DNA of 64,000 bases from Octopus vulgaris (lineage: Eukaryota), in assembly GCA_951406725.2 (NCBI GenBank), contig OX597817.1:172794001-172858000 (forward strand), written 5' to 3'. The notes beneath the pieces were generated by a model. That model searched no databases. It was not told where the DNA came from and worked only from the letters and a program-made list of their open reading frames with translations. The position numbers and the translations under genes were made by a program. Below are positions 49,948-62,827 of the stretch, piece by piece (the stretch's first letter is position 1; every line of letters starts with the position of its first letter).

Positions 49948-50571
49948 TGCATATATACATATACATATATAAACACATACGTATATAAATACATATGTAT
50001 GTACATATGCATATACATATATTACATTTCATTATGTATCCATTACGTCAATTTGTTTTAAGAAATAATAAAAATAGAAATTAAAAAATGAATGACGTGA
50101 CTACGAATACATTTATTACTTTGATTGGAAATTTTCCCCCTAAATTGAACTATGTTTAATTCTCTTCATTTAATTTAATTTTCTTCATTAATTGTAAGAC
50201 AGTATATTACATTGGCTTCATAAAAAGATTGCTATTACACAAAAATTTGTGTTGCTAGAAAATGAAATTAAATGTCAATGACTTTTAACAATTATTTAAT
50301 GAAAGACATCGCAACAGTTTTCAACTGGAATTTGAAAGTTCATTTTAAAAACACTTACTCAGGCCTTTTATATTTTAGGCATATCAGTATTTTACACACA
50401 CACACAATCAGTATACATGACCAATTTTCAGAGAACTGAGGGTCTAGGATTTCTTTTAATCAGGATATAATTGTGATGACCCTCGCAACCTAGTTCACTG
50501 AATAACAATAAGGTGAGCTGCATATCATTTGCATACATACATACACACACACATGTATGTGTGTGTGTATA

Positions 50572-50729
50572 CTGTAAATTCTCAAGTATAATCCACATTT
50601 TTTTCCCAAAATTTAATGGTCAAAATCCCTAGTGCATATTATACACGAGGTTAAAAATGAAAATTATTTTCTAAGCAATGTTCAAGTCTCTATTTGTTGT
50701 CCGGCAATGTTTATTCAGACGCATTTTGT
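50572..50729 (-). mobile_element. pogo/Tigger-like MITE terminal fragment
   Basis: Reverse complement of about 48370-48528; abuts a SINE. Confidence 0.8.
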
Positions 50730-51300
50730 AACTGCATGGCACCTTCAGCAAGTGTCTTCTACTTCATCCTCAGGCTGATCAAAGCCTTGTGAAAGGATTT
50801 AGTAGACAGAAACTGAAAGAAGCCCGGTGTATATATCTGTGTATGTGTGTGTGTTTGTGCTTATGTTGACAGCTGGTATTGATGTGCTTATGTTCTTGTA
50901 ACTTAGCAGTTCAGCAAAAAGAACCCAATAGAATGAGTATCAGGCTTTAAAAACAAAAATAAGTACTGGAGTCGATTCATTTGACTAAAACTCTTCATGG
51001 TGTTGCCCCAGCATGGCCACAATCTACTGACTTAAACAAATAGAAGTATAAAGATTAAAGATCCAGGAAAATTGTATTGATCCTTTACAAAATGTATGCT
51101 TGATGTGGTAAATTCAAGCGAGTTGATTGAGACATTTATCATAGAATTTAACATGAGAGAGATGTGCTTTGATTTGTTGCTATAGAAAAAGTAAAATTGT
51201 TGAGGCAAAATAAAGGTTTGCATAAGCCTGAGTCCTGTCTTGAAGTTTGAAAATGCATCAGATGAAGATCTTGACACTGATTTCAAAGGATTTCATGAAC

Positions 51301-51509
51301 CAAAAGCTTGCTTGATCTTGATTTTTAATGCAAATACAGACCATGAAAGCATGGTTGGTATTTTCACTGAAAGCATGGTCGGTATTTTCACAAGCTATAC
51401 TTTTGTTGTGAGCTATCAGGAAAGTTACCACAGGGATAACTGGCTTGTTGCAGCAACATCGTTTTTGGGTCCTTCAATATTTAGCTTTTACTATTATTGT
51501 GAAGCAGAA
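51301..51509 (+). pseudogene. Decayed nuclear 28S rRNA fragment (domain V region)
   Basis: Collinear recognisable 28S blocks: CAAAAGCT.GCTTGATCTTGATTTT, AATACAGACC.TGAAAGC, AAAGTTACCACAGGGATAACTGGCTTGT, TCCTTC.AT, CTAT.ATTGTGAAGCAGAA. Confidence 0.85.
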
Positions 51510-52136
51510 ATACTGTCAAGAATAGAGCATATATCGAAAACAGAGAATATGTTCAACCCTTTAGCATTTAAAGTGGACATATCAGACCAAAATATTTTAC
51601 TAGTTTTATGTTCAAGCTGGGCAGATACAGCCTCTCACACCTATCCTATAATGCCATTCTAAAAATAAATAATCACAAAATCTCTAAGCTATAAGATAAT
51701 ACATGATTAATTCATAACAATGTGAGAAAAATAAGTATTACATTTGACAGAGTAATCTAAATGCTAAAAGGTTAATAAAGAAAATCTGGCTGAGTGATTG
51801 AATATTAATCAAGAAATGACTGACACGTATTGCTATAGTGACTGTATAGCACATGGTTTTGAATGTTCAAGCAAACAATGAAATTGATGAGGCTGACAGC
51901 CAAGATCAAGATGTGACTGAAAGACTCACTGGTGTTAATTAAGTTAATGAGAGAACTAATCAAAGAACTTGAATAAAGCAACTTTGTCCTTCCACCAGCA
52001 ATTGACAAAGTGATTTTTGTGACAGAAAAGTAACTAGTAACCACTGTTCGTCCAGCAAAATGGATAATTTAGCATGGATAAGGAACCAAAGTTGCTAGAA
52101 AATCTGTCTGTCTGTCTCTCTCTCTCTCACACAAAC

Positions 52137-52174
<38 letters not shown>

Positions 52175-52777
52175 AAATATCATTTTGCATCTGCTTTCCA
52201 TGCTGGCATGTGTTGGATTCTTTGACAGGATCTGACAGAGTCTATGCCTGGCTCAAACACCTTTTATGGCATGGTTTCTATGACTGGATGCCCTTCCTAA
52301 CATCAACCACTTTACAGCAATTACTGGAGTGCATTTTCTCATGATATCAACAGAAGAGAAGTTGTCATGGCTCTTGGCAAGACTAAAGGGTCCTCTGAAT
52401 CCTGAATTGTCTCTGCTCAATTCACCAATCACAAGGTGCTTTTTTCCATGGCACCAGTACTAATGAGGTCACCTCCTGATACACAAGACTAAAGAACTCC
52501 TGCAACTGAAAGGGAGGAAAGGAAACAGAATGGTGACTCTATGTGAGATGTTGAGAAAAAGTTAAATTATGATGGAACGAACAGATTACTGTGAGGAGGG
52601 GTGGTTGTGAAGAGAATAACAGAGGAGATAGTGTTGGGAAGGGGAGGAATTTTGGCAGGAGTTAATGAGAAAGACAGCGATATGGTTTATGGGATGGGTT
52701 GAGTAAGAATTATACAGTACTTTATCTAAGAAGATAGAGATGGTGGGGACAAGTGTGTGTGTGTATGACATATGATA

Positions 52778-54008
52778 TACATGGTCTGATCAATAGGTAT
52801 CCGGACTGTTGCCATAGTAATGAAGCTAAAGCTTGCAGAGTGAAGCCGCTTGCAACAGGTTGACCTTGAACTCTGCTGTGCATGCACACTGAGTTTTAAC
52901 ATTTTAGTTCACTTTCGCTGTTTACAGCAGTGCTTGGAAGGAACGTGTGTAGCATGTGATCATCGCATTGACCATGACAGAGAAATTGCTGGCTTCGTGC
53001 TAAAATATGAAACTAATATTAATGTTCATGAAGGCGGCGACAGGGCAGAATCAGTAGCACACCGGGCAAAAAGTTTAGCAGCATTTCGTCTGTCTACAAA
53101 TTCCTCAGAGGTCGACTTTCCTTCTTATTCTTTTTCGAGTCAATATAACAAGAATCAGATGAGTACTAGATATGTACTTGAAAAGCCTCATCTCCCGAAA
53201 TTGCTGGCTTCGTGTCAAAATTTGAAAGCAATATTATTTTCATTTATAAGGTGGCGAGCTGGCAGAATCGTTAGCACGCCGGGCAAAATGTTTAGTAGCA
53301 CTTCATCTCCCTTCACGTTCAGTGTTCAATTTCTGCCGAGATTGACTTTGCCTTTCATCCTTCCAAGCTCGATAAAATAAAAGCTTGGTGATACCTTCTC
53401 AGAGGCCCAAGCAAAGTTTTCAAAAAGTTTTCATCATTCTCAACACAGTCAAGGAAATCTTGTGCAACTGAAACCTGAGTATTTTTTGGTCAGCTGAAAG
53501 CAGTTTGGGCACTAATTTGGCAGACATGCATCACATACAGAAATCTTCAGTGTTAATGGATGGAACCGAATCACAACTAATCTGCACATCCTCTGATAAC
53601 TCACAGATGGTGATTTGATGATTTGCCGTCACTGCTGCATGCACATCTGCAATGTTTTTCTCAGTTCTGCTGGTTGCAGGTCTCCTAGAACGTTTGTCAA
53701 TATCGACATTTTTTCGGTCATCTTGGAAACATCTGAACCAGCCGTACACTTGTGTGCGGCTCATATACTCCTCTCTGTACACTTTCTGTAACTTTGCATA
53801 GGCCTCTGATAAGGTATTGCCATGACAATTTTCTGTCATGGTCGATGCAATGATCACATGCTACACACCTTCCTTCCAAGCACTGCTGTAAATAGTGGAA
53901 ATGAGCTAGAACTACTGAGTCTAAGGACAATCTGTGCCAAACAGCTTCACTCTATGTGCTTTGGCTTTGTTACTATGGCAACTGTCTGGATACTTATCGA
54001 ACTGACCT

Positions 54009-54012
<4 letters not shown>
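52778..54012. mobile_element. Two mariner 5' ends facing each other, with SINEs between them
   Basis: 52778-52988 and 53826-54012 are inverted copies; the minus copy continues into a transposase HTH region (AYAKLQKVYREEYMSRTQVYGWFRCF...RSRRPATSRT). Confidence 0.8.
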
Positions 54013-54054
<42 letters not shown>

Positions 54055-54641
54055 ATATATAACACACACTGATCAGGTACAACCCTTTCAAGGAGATTCA
54101 AATGATTCATAGGCAAATCACCTGAGGGTTGGTCTTAATAAAGACAAGCTGTCATATTTTCCAATTTAAGTTTCTTAACATATCTCCACAAATAAGATTT
54201 CATGTAGTTTCCTATTTGCTCAGATTTTGTCTGCTAAATAATGACTGAAAATGTTGAGTGAGAGCCTCTTAAGACTATTACTGATACTCCAGTAAAAAGA
54301 GAATTTTTTTCTCTGATATCCCTTAAGAGTTCAATTCCAAACCTTAGAAATTTTATGGGGTCACCATAAATTATAATTAAAAAATTATCACTGTTTTCCT
54401 ACTTCTGCTGCTCCTATTCCTTTGCTGTGTTATCACTGGTGAGGTGTAATGGAAGTTTCAATGCATTACTAGCTGGTTTGCCTCCAGGCAGTAGAGTGAC
54501 AATGATGTCTAAAGATCTATCATAGCAATTTTCCTGTTTCCTTACTTCAGCCAGAAGAAATGGGTTTATAAGGAAGATTTCTCCTCCTCTTCCAGGCAGA
54601 TAAAGAATATTAGACATAGACAACACACACAGAAAAATAGC

Positions 54642-54685
<44 letters not shown>

Positions 54686-54896
54686 CAAAACACACCCCGT
54701 TCAATGGACAGTGCTGAGTTGTCAAACATTTATACCAAATTTTCTCAAAACAACTTGTCTGACCGTCCTATAGGCCTCCCCTTTGAGAAACACTGATTTA
54801 ACCTAAATTTGAGACACCAGCAAAAGAAATAAAGATAGACTTTTTTTCTATTCCAAAGAAAAACGATTTTATTCACACAAATATGCAACTGAAGAG

Positions 54897-55136
54897 TTTA
54901 AAGTACCAGTAAGTACATTGCAACAGCTGATGTACTTGCACGTACAAATGCACATTCCCACGGCTTTATCGATTGCATTCTCACCTGGAATTGATTTTTG
55001 TAATTTTTTCAAGACTTATACACGCCCTGATACCATCGGTATCTACAAATCAAATTTGAGCAAAATCGGATGGAGGATGCCTGAGGTCCTAGAAGACACA
55101 CAGACAGACAGACAGAACGGATTTTATATAATAGAT
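54897..55136 (-). mobile_element. Helitron-like short element
   Basis: Minus strand A|TCTATTATATAAAATCCG followed by (TCTG)n, like the other Helitron 5' ends here. Confidence 0.7.
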
Positions 55137-55380
55137 ATATACAACACACAAATGGCAAAATAAAGACGACTTTTATCATGAAGATATCTGCAGTGTAGTT
55201 ATCAAAAACTAAACAGTATAACAATATTTTGTTTTAATATATCTACTTTGTATTAACATATCAATTTGAACACACATATTTAATGTGTGTGGCTAGCACT
55301 TGATGTACACATATCAGCAACATCATCTTCCTCCTACTTACACACACACACAATGTATACAATATCTTTTTTTTGTGTGT

Positions 55381-55604
55381 GAAATCTGTTCTGTCTGTGA
55401 GTGTGTCTTCTAGGACCTCAGGCATCCTCCATCCGATTTTGCTCAAATTTGATTTGTAGATACCAACTGTATCAGGGTGTGTATAAGTCTTGAAAAAATT
55501 ACAAAAATCGATTCCAGGTGAGAATGCAATCGATAAAGCCGTGGGAACGTGCATTTGTACGTGCAAGTACATCAGCTGTTGCGATGTACTTACTGGTACT
55601 TTAA
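55381..55604 (+). mobile_element. Second, inverted copy of the same Helitron-like element
   Basis: Near-identical reverse complement of 54897-55124. Confidence 0.75.
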
Positions 55605-56191
55605 AATCAATTTCTCTCTCACTTTCTCTTTCCTTACTCTTGTCATTTTTTCTCACCCCCCCCACTCTCTCTCAGTCATATCTCTTATTTTGACCATCAG
55701 TCTCTGATCTCAATGATATTTCAGCCAACTGAGTTGTATGCACACTTGCACACATAGGAAGAGCATCTAGCTGTAGAAACCATATCAAAGTGGACACTGG
55801 TGCATGACACAAACCTACGACTTGCCAGACTCTGTCAAACCATCTAACCCATGCCAGCATGGAAACTGGGTGTTAAATTATGATGTTGATGATGATGATG
55901 ATACATAATACTGATGCACATACACACAAACATACATCATTTGTTAAACTAAGCAGCAGCAGTGACTACAGCTTCTAGTTTGATGTGAAGATGGCACAAG
56001 GGTTCGTTCAGAGAAGCAGCCTGCTATAGTAGTGGGGTTGGGGAGGGAGAGGGCTATCCAATGGTAGCAGAGTTGATAGAGAATGTTAATGGATAGATGT
56101 TTCATAATTGTATGCAGTGTGTGTGAGTGCATTATTTTTCAAGGCTTTCTTCAGCGCTCGCAATTCTGTCAAAAAAATTAATATAAATAAT

Positions 56192-56197
56192 GTATAT

Positions 56198-56229
<32 letters not shown>

Positions 56230-56368
56230 TATATACATATATATACATACATACATATACATACATATATATACATACATACATATACATACATATATAT
56301 ACATACATACATATATATACATATATATATATACATACATATACATACATACATATACATACATACAT

Positions 56369-56403
<35 letters not shown>

Positions 56404-56453
56404 CATACATGTATATACATACATGTATATACATACATGTATATACATACATG

Positions 56454-56501
<48 letters not shown>

Positions 56502-56546
56502 CATATATATATATATACATATATATATATACATATATATATATAC

Positions 56547-56579
<33 letters not shown>

Positions 56580-56690
56580 CATATATATACATACATACAT
56601 ATATGTATATGTGTTTTTTGTGCTTTTTTGTGCTTTCTTGTTTGGATTAACTTTATACATACATATACATACATATATATATACATATAA
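56192..56690. repeat. Long compound (TA)n/(TACA)n microsatellite
   Basis: Directly visible; source of six spurious ORFs. Confidence 0.95.
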
Positions 56691-57502
56691 ATCCATATCC
56701 TTCTTCTGACAAGACTTTTTGTATGGATATGACAGAAGTAGCTTTACAACAACTCATTCCCAGTAGTTACTAGCGTTTATAGTTCTCATCTGATTACACT
56801 AGCTTCGTCTAATAAAAGAAAATTGGTTAAATTATCAAGCTATATAGTAACATTCCAGCAGCAAATGTTATTCTACAATTTAGATTAAGTCAGCTTGGCA
56901 CTAATCAATACCACCTCACCGTTATAAACACTACTAAGATTAGTGAGAGTCAGCTACACATTTTATATTTATTATTGTTTTGCTGCAATATGCTCCAAGA
57001 CAATTTATTATCCGATGCCTATATTTTTTCTTCTTAAGCTATTCTGCTGGCAACAGAACTTCGGTTAGACATTGTAAATATAGTGCACATATATTTGGCA
57101 AGGTTTTGATTAATCTAAACTTTTCTTAATCTTTAACCCCATTTTTCATGACTAGCCTGAGATAAATGAACCAAGAGAGACTTATTCCATTACTACATGT
57201 ATCTGAGTTTAAAATGATAATTTTAAACTTAGGTCACAACATTAAAGTTAAGGTCACGGTATTGATGTTACAGCAAGAAATTATTTAGTGATGAAAAAAT
57301 GTAGAAGAAAAATAAAGTCAGGAGTTTAAGTATTTTAATTTTTAATTATGGTTTCTTATTGAATAAAGCCTGAAAACTCTTTTAGTTACTGTTTAGTGTT
57401 AGATCAACCTAGTTCAAGCAGATTACAAATTTCTGTTGAAACACACTGCCTTTGTTTTAATTAATTTTGAAAATAATGAGGAATTTAGTAAATTAAATGT
57501 CA

Positions 57503-57920
57503 ACAGGAGTGGCTGTGTGGTAAGTAGCTTGTCTACCAACCACATGGTTCCGGGTTCAGTCCCATTGCGTGGCACCTTGGGCAAGTGTCTTCTACCATAG
57601 CCCCAGGCCGACCAAAGCCTTGTGAGTGGATTTGGTAGATGGAAACTGAAAGAAGCCCGTTGTATATATGTATATATATATATATATATATGCGTGTGTG
57701 TGTTTGTGTGTCTGTTTGTCCCCTAGCATTGCTTGACAACCGATGCTGGTGTGTTTATGTCCCCGTTACTTAGCGGTTCGGCAAAAGAGACCGATAGAAT
57801 AAGTACTGGGCTTACAAAAGTATAAGTCCCGGGGTCGAGTTGCTCGATTAAAAGGCGGTGCTCCAGCATGGCCGCAGTCAAATGACTGAAACAAGTAAAA
57901 GAGAGAGAGTAAAAGAGAGT
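57503..57920 (+). mobile_element. tRNA-derived SINE, full length
   Basis: Head GGAGTGGCTGTGTGGTAAG...GGGTTCAGTCCC, internal (TA)(TG) tract, tail GAAACAAGTAAAAGAG. Confidence 0.85.
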
Positions 57921-59041
57921 ATTAAACTGGTGTTTGGTACATAAATTAACATGGAATTTTAATGGAAGGTTTTAATTTAGATCACATTAAGACAAGAAAT
58001 TTGTATCTTAGTAACAGGGGTTGGTTTCAGATAAATTGGTATTTAAAGAGTTAAAAGTATTCCTATCATATCAATCTGGATTTTGTTTCTTCAGACATCC
58101 TGTATCTAGATTAATGTATCCTTCTTTTTCTTAAAATGATAGGGTATGATAAGAAGGATATGTACCTACTATTTCTAACTGACTGGGCGATCATGTAAAA
58201 GTCCCTTATTGGTTCATGAGTTCTAAAGAAGTTAGAGAAAGTGAAGTGGGAAGTTGTGGTGTTTCCATAACCAAAATAAATATGATTACAAATATCCAAT
58301 TGGCAATACAAAATCAGGTTACTTACTCTGCCCAGTAGAAACATCATGACATATTTTGGGATCCACTAGACTTCAACAATCATAACAACATTCCCAAAAT
58401 GCAATAGTATAGTAATGATGCATGTAATGTAAAAATTTTCTAAACATGTGACTAATTAGGTTTTCTAACTAGGTTTACCTTTGACATTTACTTTAGCACA
58501 CAACTGCAGTGATTATTTAATTATATCGGTCATTAAGCTAACGACCACATTGTCACACAAAACTATGCAACAGTTGTTTCTTAATATAGACCCAAGGTTT
58601 CTGATTTATGAAGAAAAGGAAATGAGGTGTGAAACAGGAAATGACAGTCAGCAGGTGACATAATTAAATATAATGAGACGGTGTACCATAAATAGGATTT
58701 GTAATACAACATCATACATTATGGTGACTCTTAAAAATGCCAGAAGGCTTTATAGAGTATCAACATCATTGCCGTCATTTTAATGTCCACTTTCAATGCT
58801 TGGATGGGTCAGGCAGAATTCACTGAGGTATATTCTCTATGGCTAGATGTCCTTCCTATTGCTAAACCTCATGTTTCCAAGCAAGGTAATATTTTCCCTG
58901 TGGCCACACATATTTATGTGGAAGACTGGAAATGAAAAACACCACATACATGTTGGTAACACTCTTTTTACAACCAACATGCAATGTCAAAGACAAGGTG
59001 TCACACACACACACACACACACACACAAATATATACATATA

Positions 59042-59422
59042 CAGTATCGCCCGGCGTTGCTCAGGTTTGTAAGGGAAATAACTATAAAGCATTTTTAGAG
59101 AGTTATAGCCAAAAAATAGCAAAAAAATGGGAAAAAATGATGGTAAATTTTTTTGGAGAGTTAAAAAAGGTGGAGTTGCGTCCCCTAGACAGTTTGTGGT
59201 TTGTGTTTCTGATTCTCGACCCCATGTCGAATTTATCGATTTTTTTCAGAACTTGGGGAACTTTTTAAAAATTTTCTCTGCGTTAGTTTTGAATTATGAC
59301 ATTGGGCTATGTGTGTGTCAAGTTTCATCAGAATCGGTTGAAAGCCGTGGTCAGGGTGAGGGTACAAGCAAACAGACACACAGAAACACGCACAGACAAA
59401 CTGCCGTTTATATAGAGAGAGA
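59042..59422 (-). mobile_element. Non-autonomous Helitron, near-identical to 11559-11941 but lacking the terminal CTAG
   Basis: Collinear match with an A|TC 5' end. Confidence 0.85.
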
Positions 59423-59769
59423 TACAATGGGTGTCTTCCAGTTTTTTACCAAATTCCACTCACAAGCCTGTGACTTTAGTAGACTGCCATGCAGTGGGAC
59501 TCAATCCGAAATCATGCAGTCAAGTGGTTAACTTCTCAATCACACCACTACACCTGCACCTATGTATGTATGTACACATGCACATCCACACATACATATG
59601 GTAAGTTGCTGATGCATTTCTTTTTACCAAATTCCACTCACAAGGTATTGGTCAATCTGTGACTTTAGTAGACTTTTGCTTAATGTGCCATGCAGCAGGA
59701 ATGAACCTGGACTCATGTGCTTGCAAGCAAAATTTGTAATCTCACAGCCATACCTGTGTCTGAATAGAT

Positions 59770-60272
59770 ACGCATGCCCACACTGCCACCTGTTGCATGA
59801 AGAGATGCCAATGCATGTGAATGAAGACGACTGCATCGAGAAATGCCAATCCTTGATTGTGGAGGGAACATGTGGAAGGGACCCAGGAAGATGTGGGACG
59901 AAGAGGTGAGAAAGGATCTACAGACGTTGGAACCCTGAGAGGAGATGGCAGGGGACCGAGACAGTTTGCTGTGCTGGAAGACACATAAAGCTAAGTAAAT
60001 ACACAGTTGTCCTTGCATACAGGCTCATCTCCTGTAACCCCTGCAATTTTGTGGGCTCAAAGGCGCTGGTGCCACATAAAAAGCACCCATGCCGGTGCTG
60101 CACAAAAGCACCAAGTACACTCTGTAAAGTGGTCGGCATTAGGAAGGGCATCCAACCATAGAAACCATGCCAAAACAGACAGGGAGCCTGAACAGCCCTT
60201 TAGCTGGTCAGCTCTTGTCAAACCATCCAACCCATTCCAGCATGGAAAACGGATGCTAAATGATGAAGATAT
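59770..60272 (+). mobile_element. RTE-type LINE 3' end, decayed
   Basis: LIVEGTCG..PRKMWDE remnant and TTAGGAAGGGCATCCA tail. Confidence 0.75.
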
Positions 60273-60285
60273 ATGATGATATATA

Positions 60286-60318
<33 letters not shown>

Positions 60319-60910
60319 GGACCGAGGTAACTCATCCAGAAGTTATATACAAATAAATAGAAGAGTGCCATATCATGTGAAATTGGTTGAACGATATGTG
60401 TGGGTATGTGCAGGTGTTTATCTATGTCTGTGTATGCAATTATGTTTCACACAACAGTATCAGTTAAAACAATCCAGATGTTGTGTAAAAATTGTTGATA
60501 ATCAATTGAAAAAAATACAGTTCCAGATAGATATAGGCATTGTGGGTTGATATGATGAACTAAAAATCCTATAAATAATTTTTTTAGCATGGCTGCAGTT
60601 AAATGGCCAAACCAAATAAAAAGAGTGTCGTCATCGTTGTCGTCATCATTAGCCATTTCCCATGTTGGCATAAGTTAGACAGTTTGACAGGATCTGACAA
60701 GCAAGAACACTGTGCCAAGCTCCGGCACAAACATCAGCTTTGGCATGTTTTCAACAGCTGCTGCATGTACTTCCCAGTGCAATCACCTTTCAGTGCGTAC
60801 TGGGTTCTTTGTCTTGTGCAACCAGCACTAGTGAGGTTGTGTAGTAAAATGCAAGACAGACAAAAGAAGAGTAAAGAGAACCCAACCCCATGACTAAGAG
60901 TATATGTGCA

Positions 60911-60943
<33 letters not shown>

Positions 60944-62827
60944 TTATTGGGAAGTTTCTTAAGTTTTGTGGCTGGAATCCATGCAACAGAAATGCATGTT
61001 CAGCTACTAAAATTTGGTTGCTAACCTGAATTAGACCACAAACAGGCTCCATGCTATCTACATGTGTTTGTATGTGTTAGAACAGCTCTGCCAAATTAGA
61101 GCAACATGCTTGCATGAAATTTCACATGAAATTCTGCAAATTTGCTATTGATGCATATTTGTGTAACTTTGATGCTATAAATAACTGCTTGTCCATCTTT
61201 TATTCTATCTTTATTTTCAGTAGCTCCACCAGTGTGTTTCCCTTAGTCAGCTTTTGTTTACCTGAATTATGTCTCCCCTGATTTAATGTTGGAATTTAGG
61301 TATTCAACCATTAATCTGTATGTGTCTATTCTACACTCTTTGATGTACTTGTATGCATTGCATGAGTCCACGCACACGCATGTGTGTGTATGTATGTGTG
61401 TGTTTGAGATATATGTGTGTGTTTGAGATATATTTGAACCTGTAAGAAACTCATTCACTGCATTTTGTCATGGAGAAATTTTCTGTAATGGGTTCAAATA
61501 TGCCTGAAGCATATTTGAATTGGAAGCACAGATATATATATATATATTACATGGAAAAATGCAAGCAAGAGAAATAATATTCTTAAGATTATAAACCTGG
61601 AAAAGTTCAGGATAAGTTATTACATCTGGTAAAGTACAAAACAAGAAAATTTTTACTTAAAATATTGCAGCTAAGGATAAAATTTCAAATAAAGTATTAA
61701 GATTTAGAAAATATTAGCTTATATTAAAACTAAAAATATTATTACAAGTTATTACTTCTATTTATTGTTTGTTACTTCAATTTTTTCATGGTATTTTACC
61801 TCACAACTTTTTTGATCCAAATTTTTGTTGCATGGGACCAAAACTATGAAATTCTTCATGCTTTCTTCTATCATTGAAGCAAAGATAAATATATTTTGCT
61901 TTTAAAATAAAAAAGTGATTTAGATCTAAACTTGATTGGTAGCATTACTTTCCTATAACGTTGCTACGAATTTTGATGTAAACTTAATTAATCTTAATTT
62001 TTTATGCCAAAATGTAGCTAGGGACCAGTCCTCTTCAAATATGTTAACAGTTTTCAATTTGGTTAAGAACTGAATTAGTGACAAGCTCTGAAAGTTGCTT
62101 GTCACTAATGTAATGGGTTCAAATATGCCTGAAGCATATTTGAATTGGGTAGATTGCGGCCTTAAGAATATTATTCAACTACTACTGTAGTTAATATTTA
62201 AATGTTGGGTATGTTCCTAGCACTACACTGATAAATCACATGTTTTGTCTATGACTACCTGGCATCATCCATGGTAATTACACTATTGTCACTAGAGCTA
62301 CATCAGGAATTACTCAGTGTATGTTGAGCATAAAAGAAATGGAAAATGGAATACACGGGAAACATTACTGCTCACAATGATCATTTCAACCCCTCCTGCA
62401 TTGGTCCCTCATGGGTGGGAAACTATACAACTAGTTGAGGTGCAACCTTCAATGCAGATGCATCTTGCCAGGTGATGTAATAAGAGGTATCTTATTAAAT
62501 GAACTCTGTTTCGCTTGGATTTAATACAGTATGTTGTTAGTGTCCATAAAATATTGCACCCAAATAAAAATATATAAATACATGCATGCACAAATATCTT
62601 ATTTCTTTACTGCCCACAAGGGGCCACACACAGAGGGGACAAACAAGGACAGACAAATGGGTTGAGTCAATTATATCAATCCCAGTGCGTAATTGGTACT
62701 TATTTAATCAACCCCGAAAGGATGAAAGGCAAGGTCGACCTCAGTGGAATTTGAACTCAGAACTCAGAGTGGCAGACGAAAGACTGCTAAGCATTTTGCC
62801 CAGTGTGCTTATGTTTCTGCCAGTTCA

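Noticed and set aside
51421-51448. Mitochondrial 16S insertion (AAGTTACC..AGGGATAAC)
   Set aside because: The following TGGCTTGT and flanking blocks fit nuclear 28S rather than mitochondrial rRNA.
51240-51662. 140-aa plus-strand ORF
   Set aside because: Chance frame over the 28S rRNA relic and an adjacent repeat.
52850-53380. 176-aa plus-strand ORF
   Set aside because: Chimeric frame across a mariner end and two SINE copies.
56108-56709. Six ORFs of 130-184 aa
   Set aside because: Translations of (TA)/(TACA) microsatellite; the same applies to 1451-1839, 2129-2414 and similar entries.
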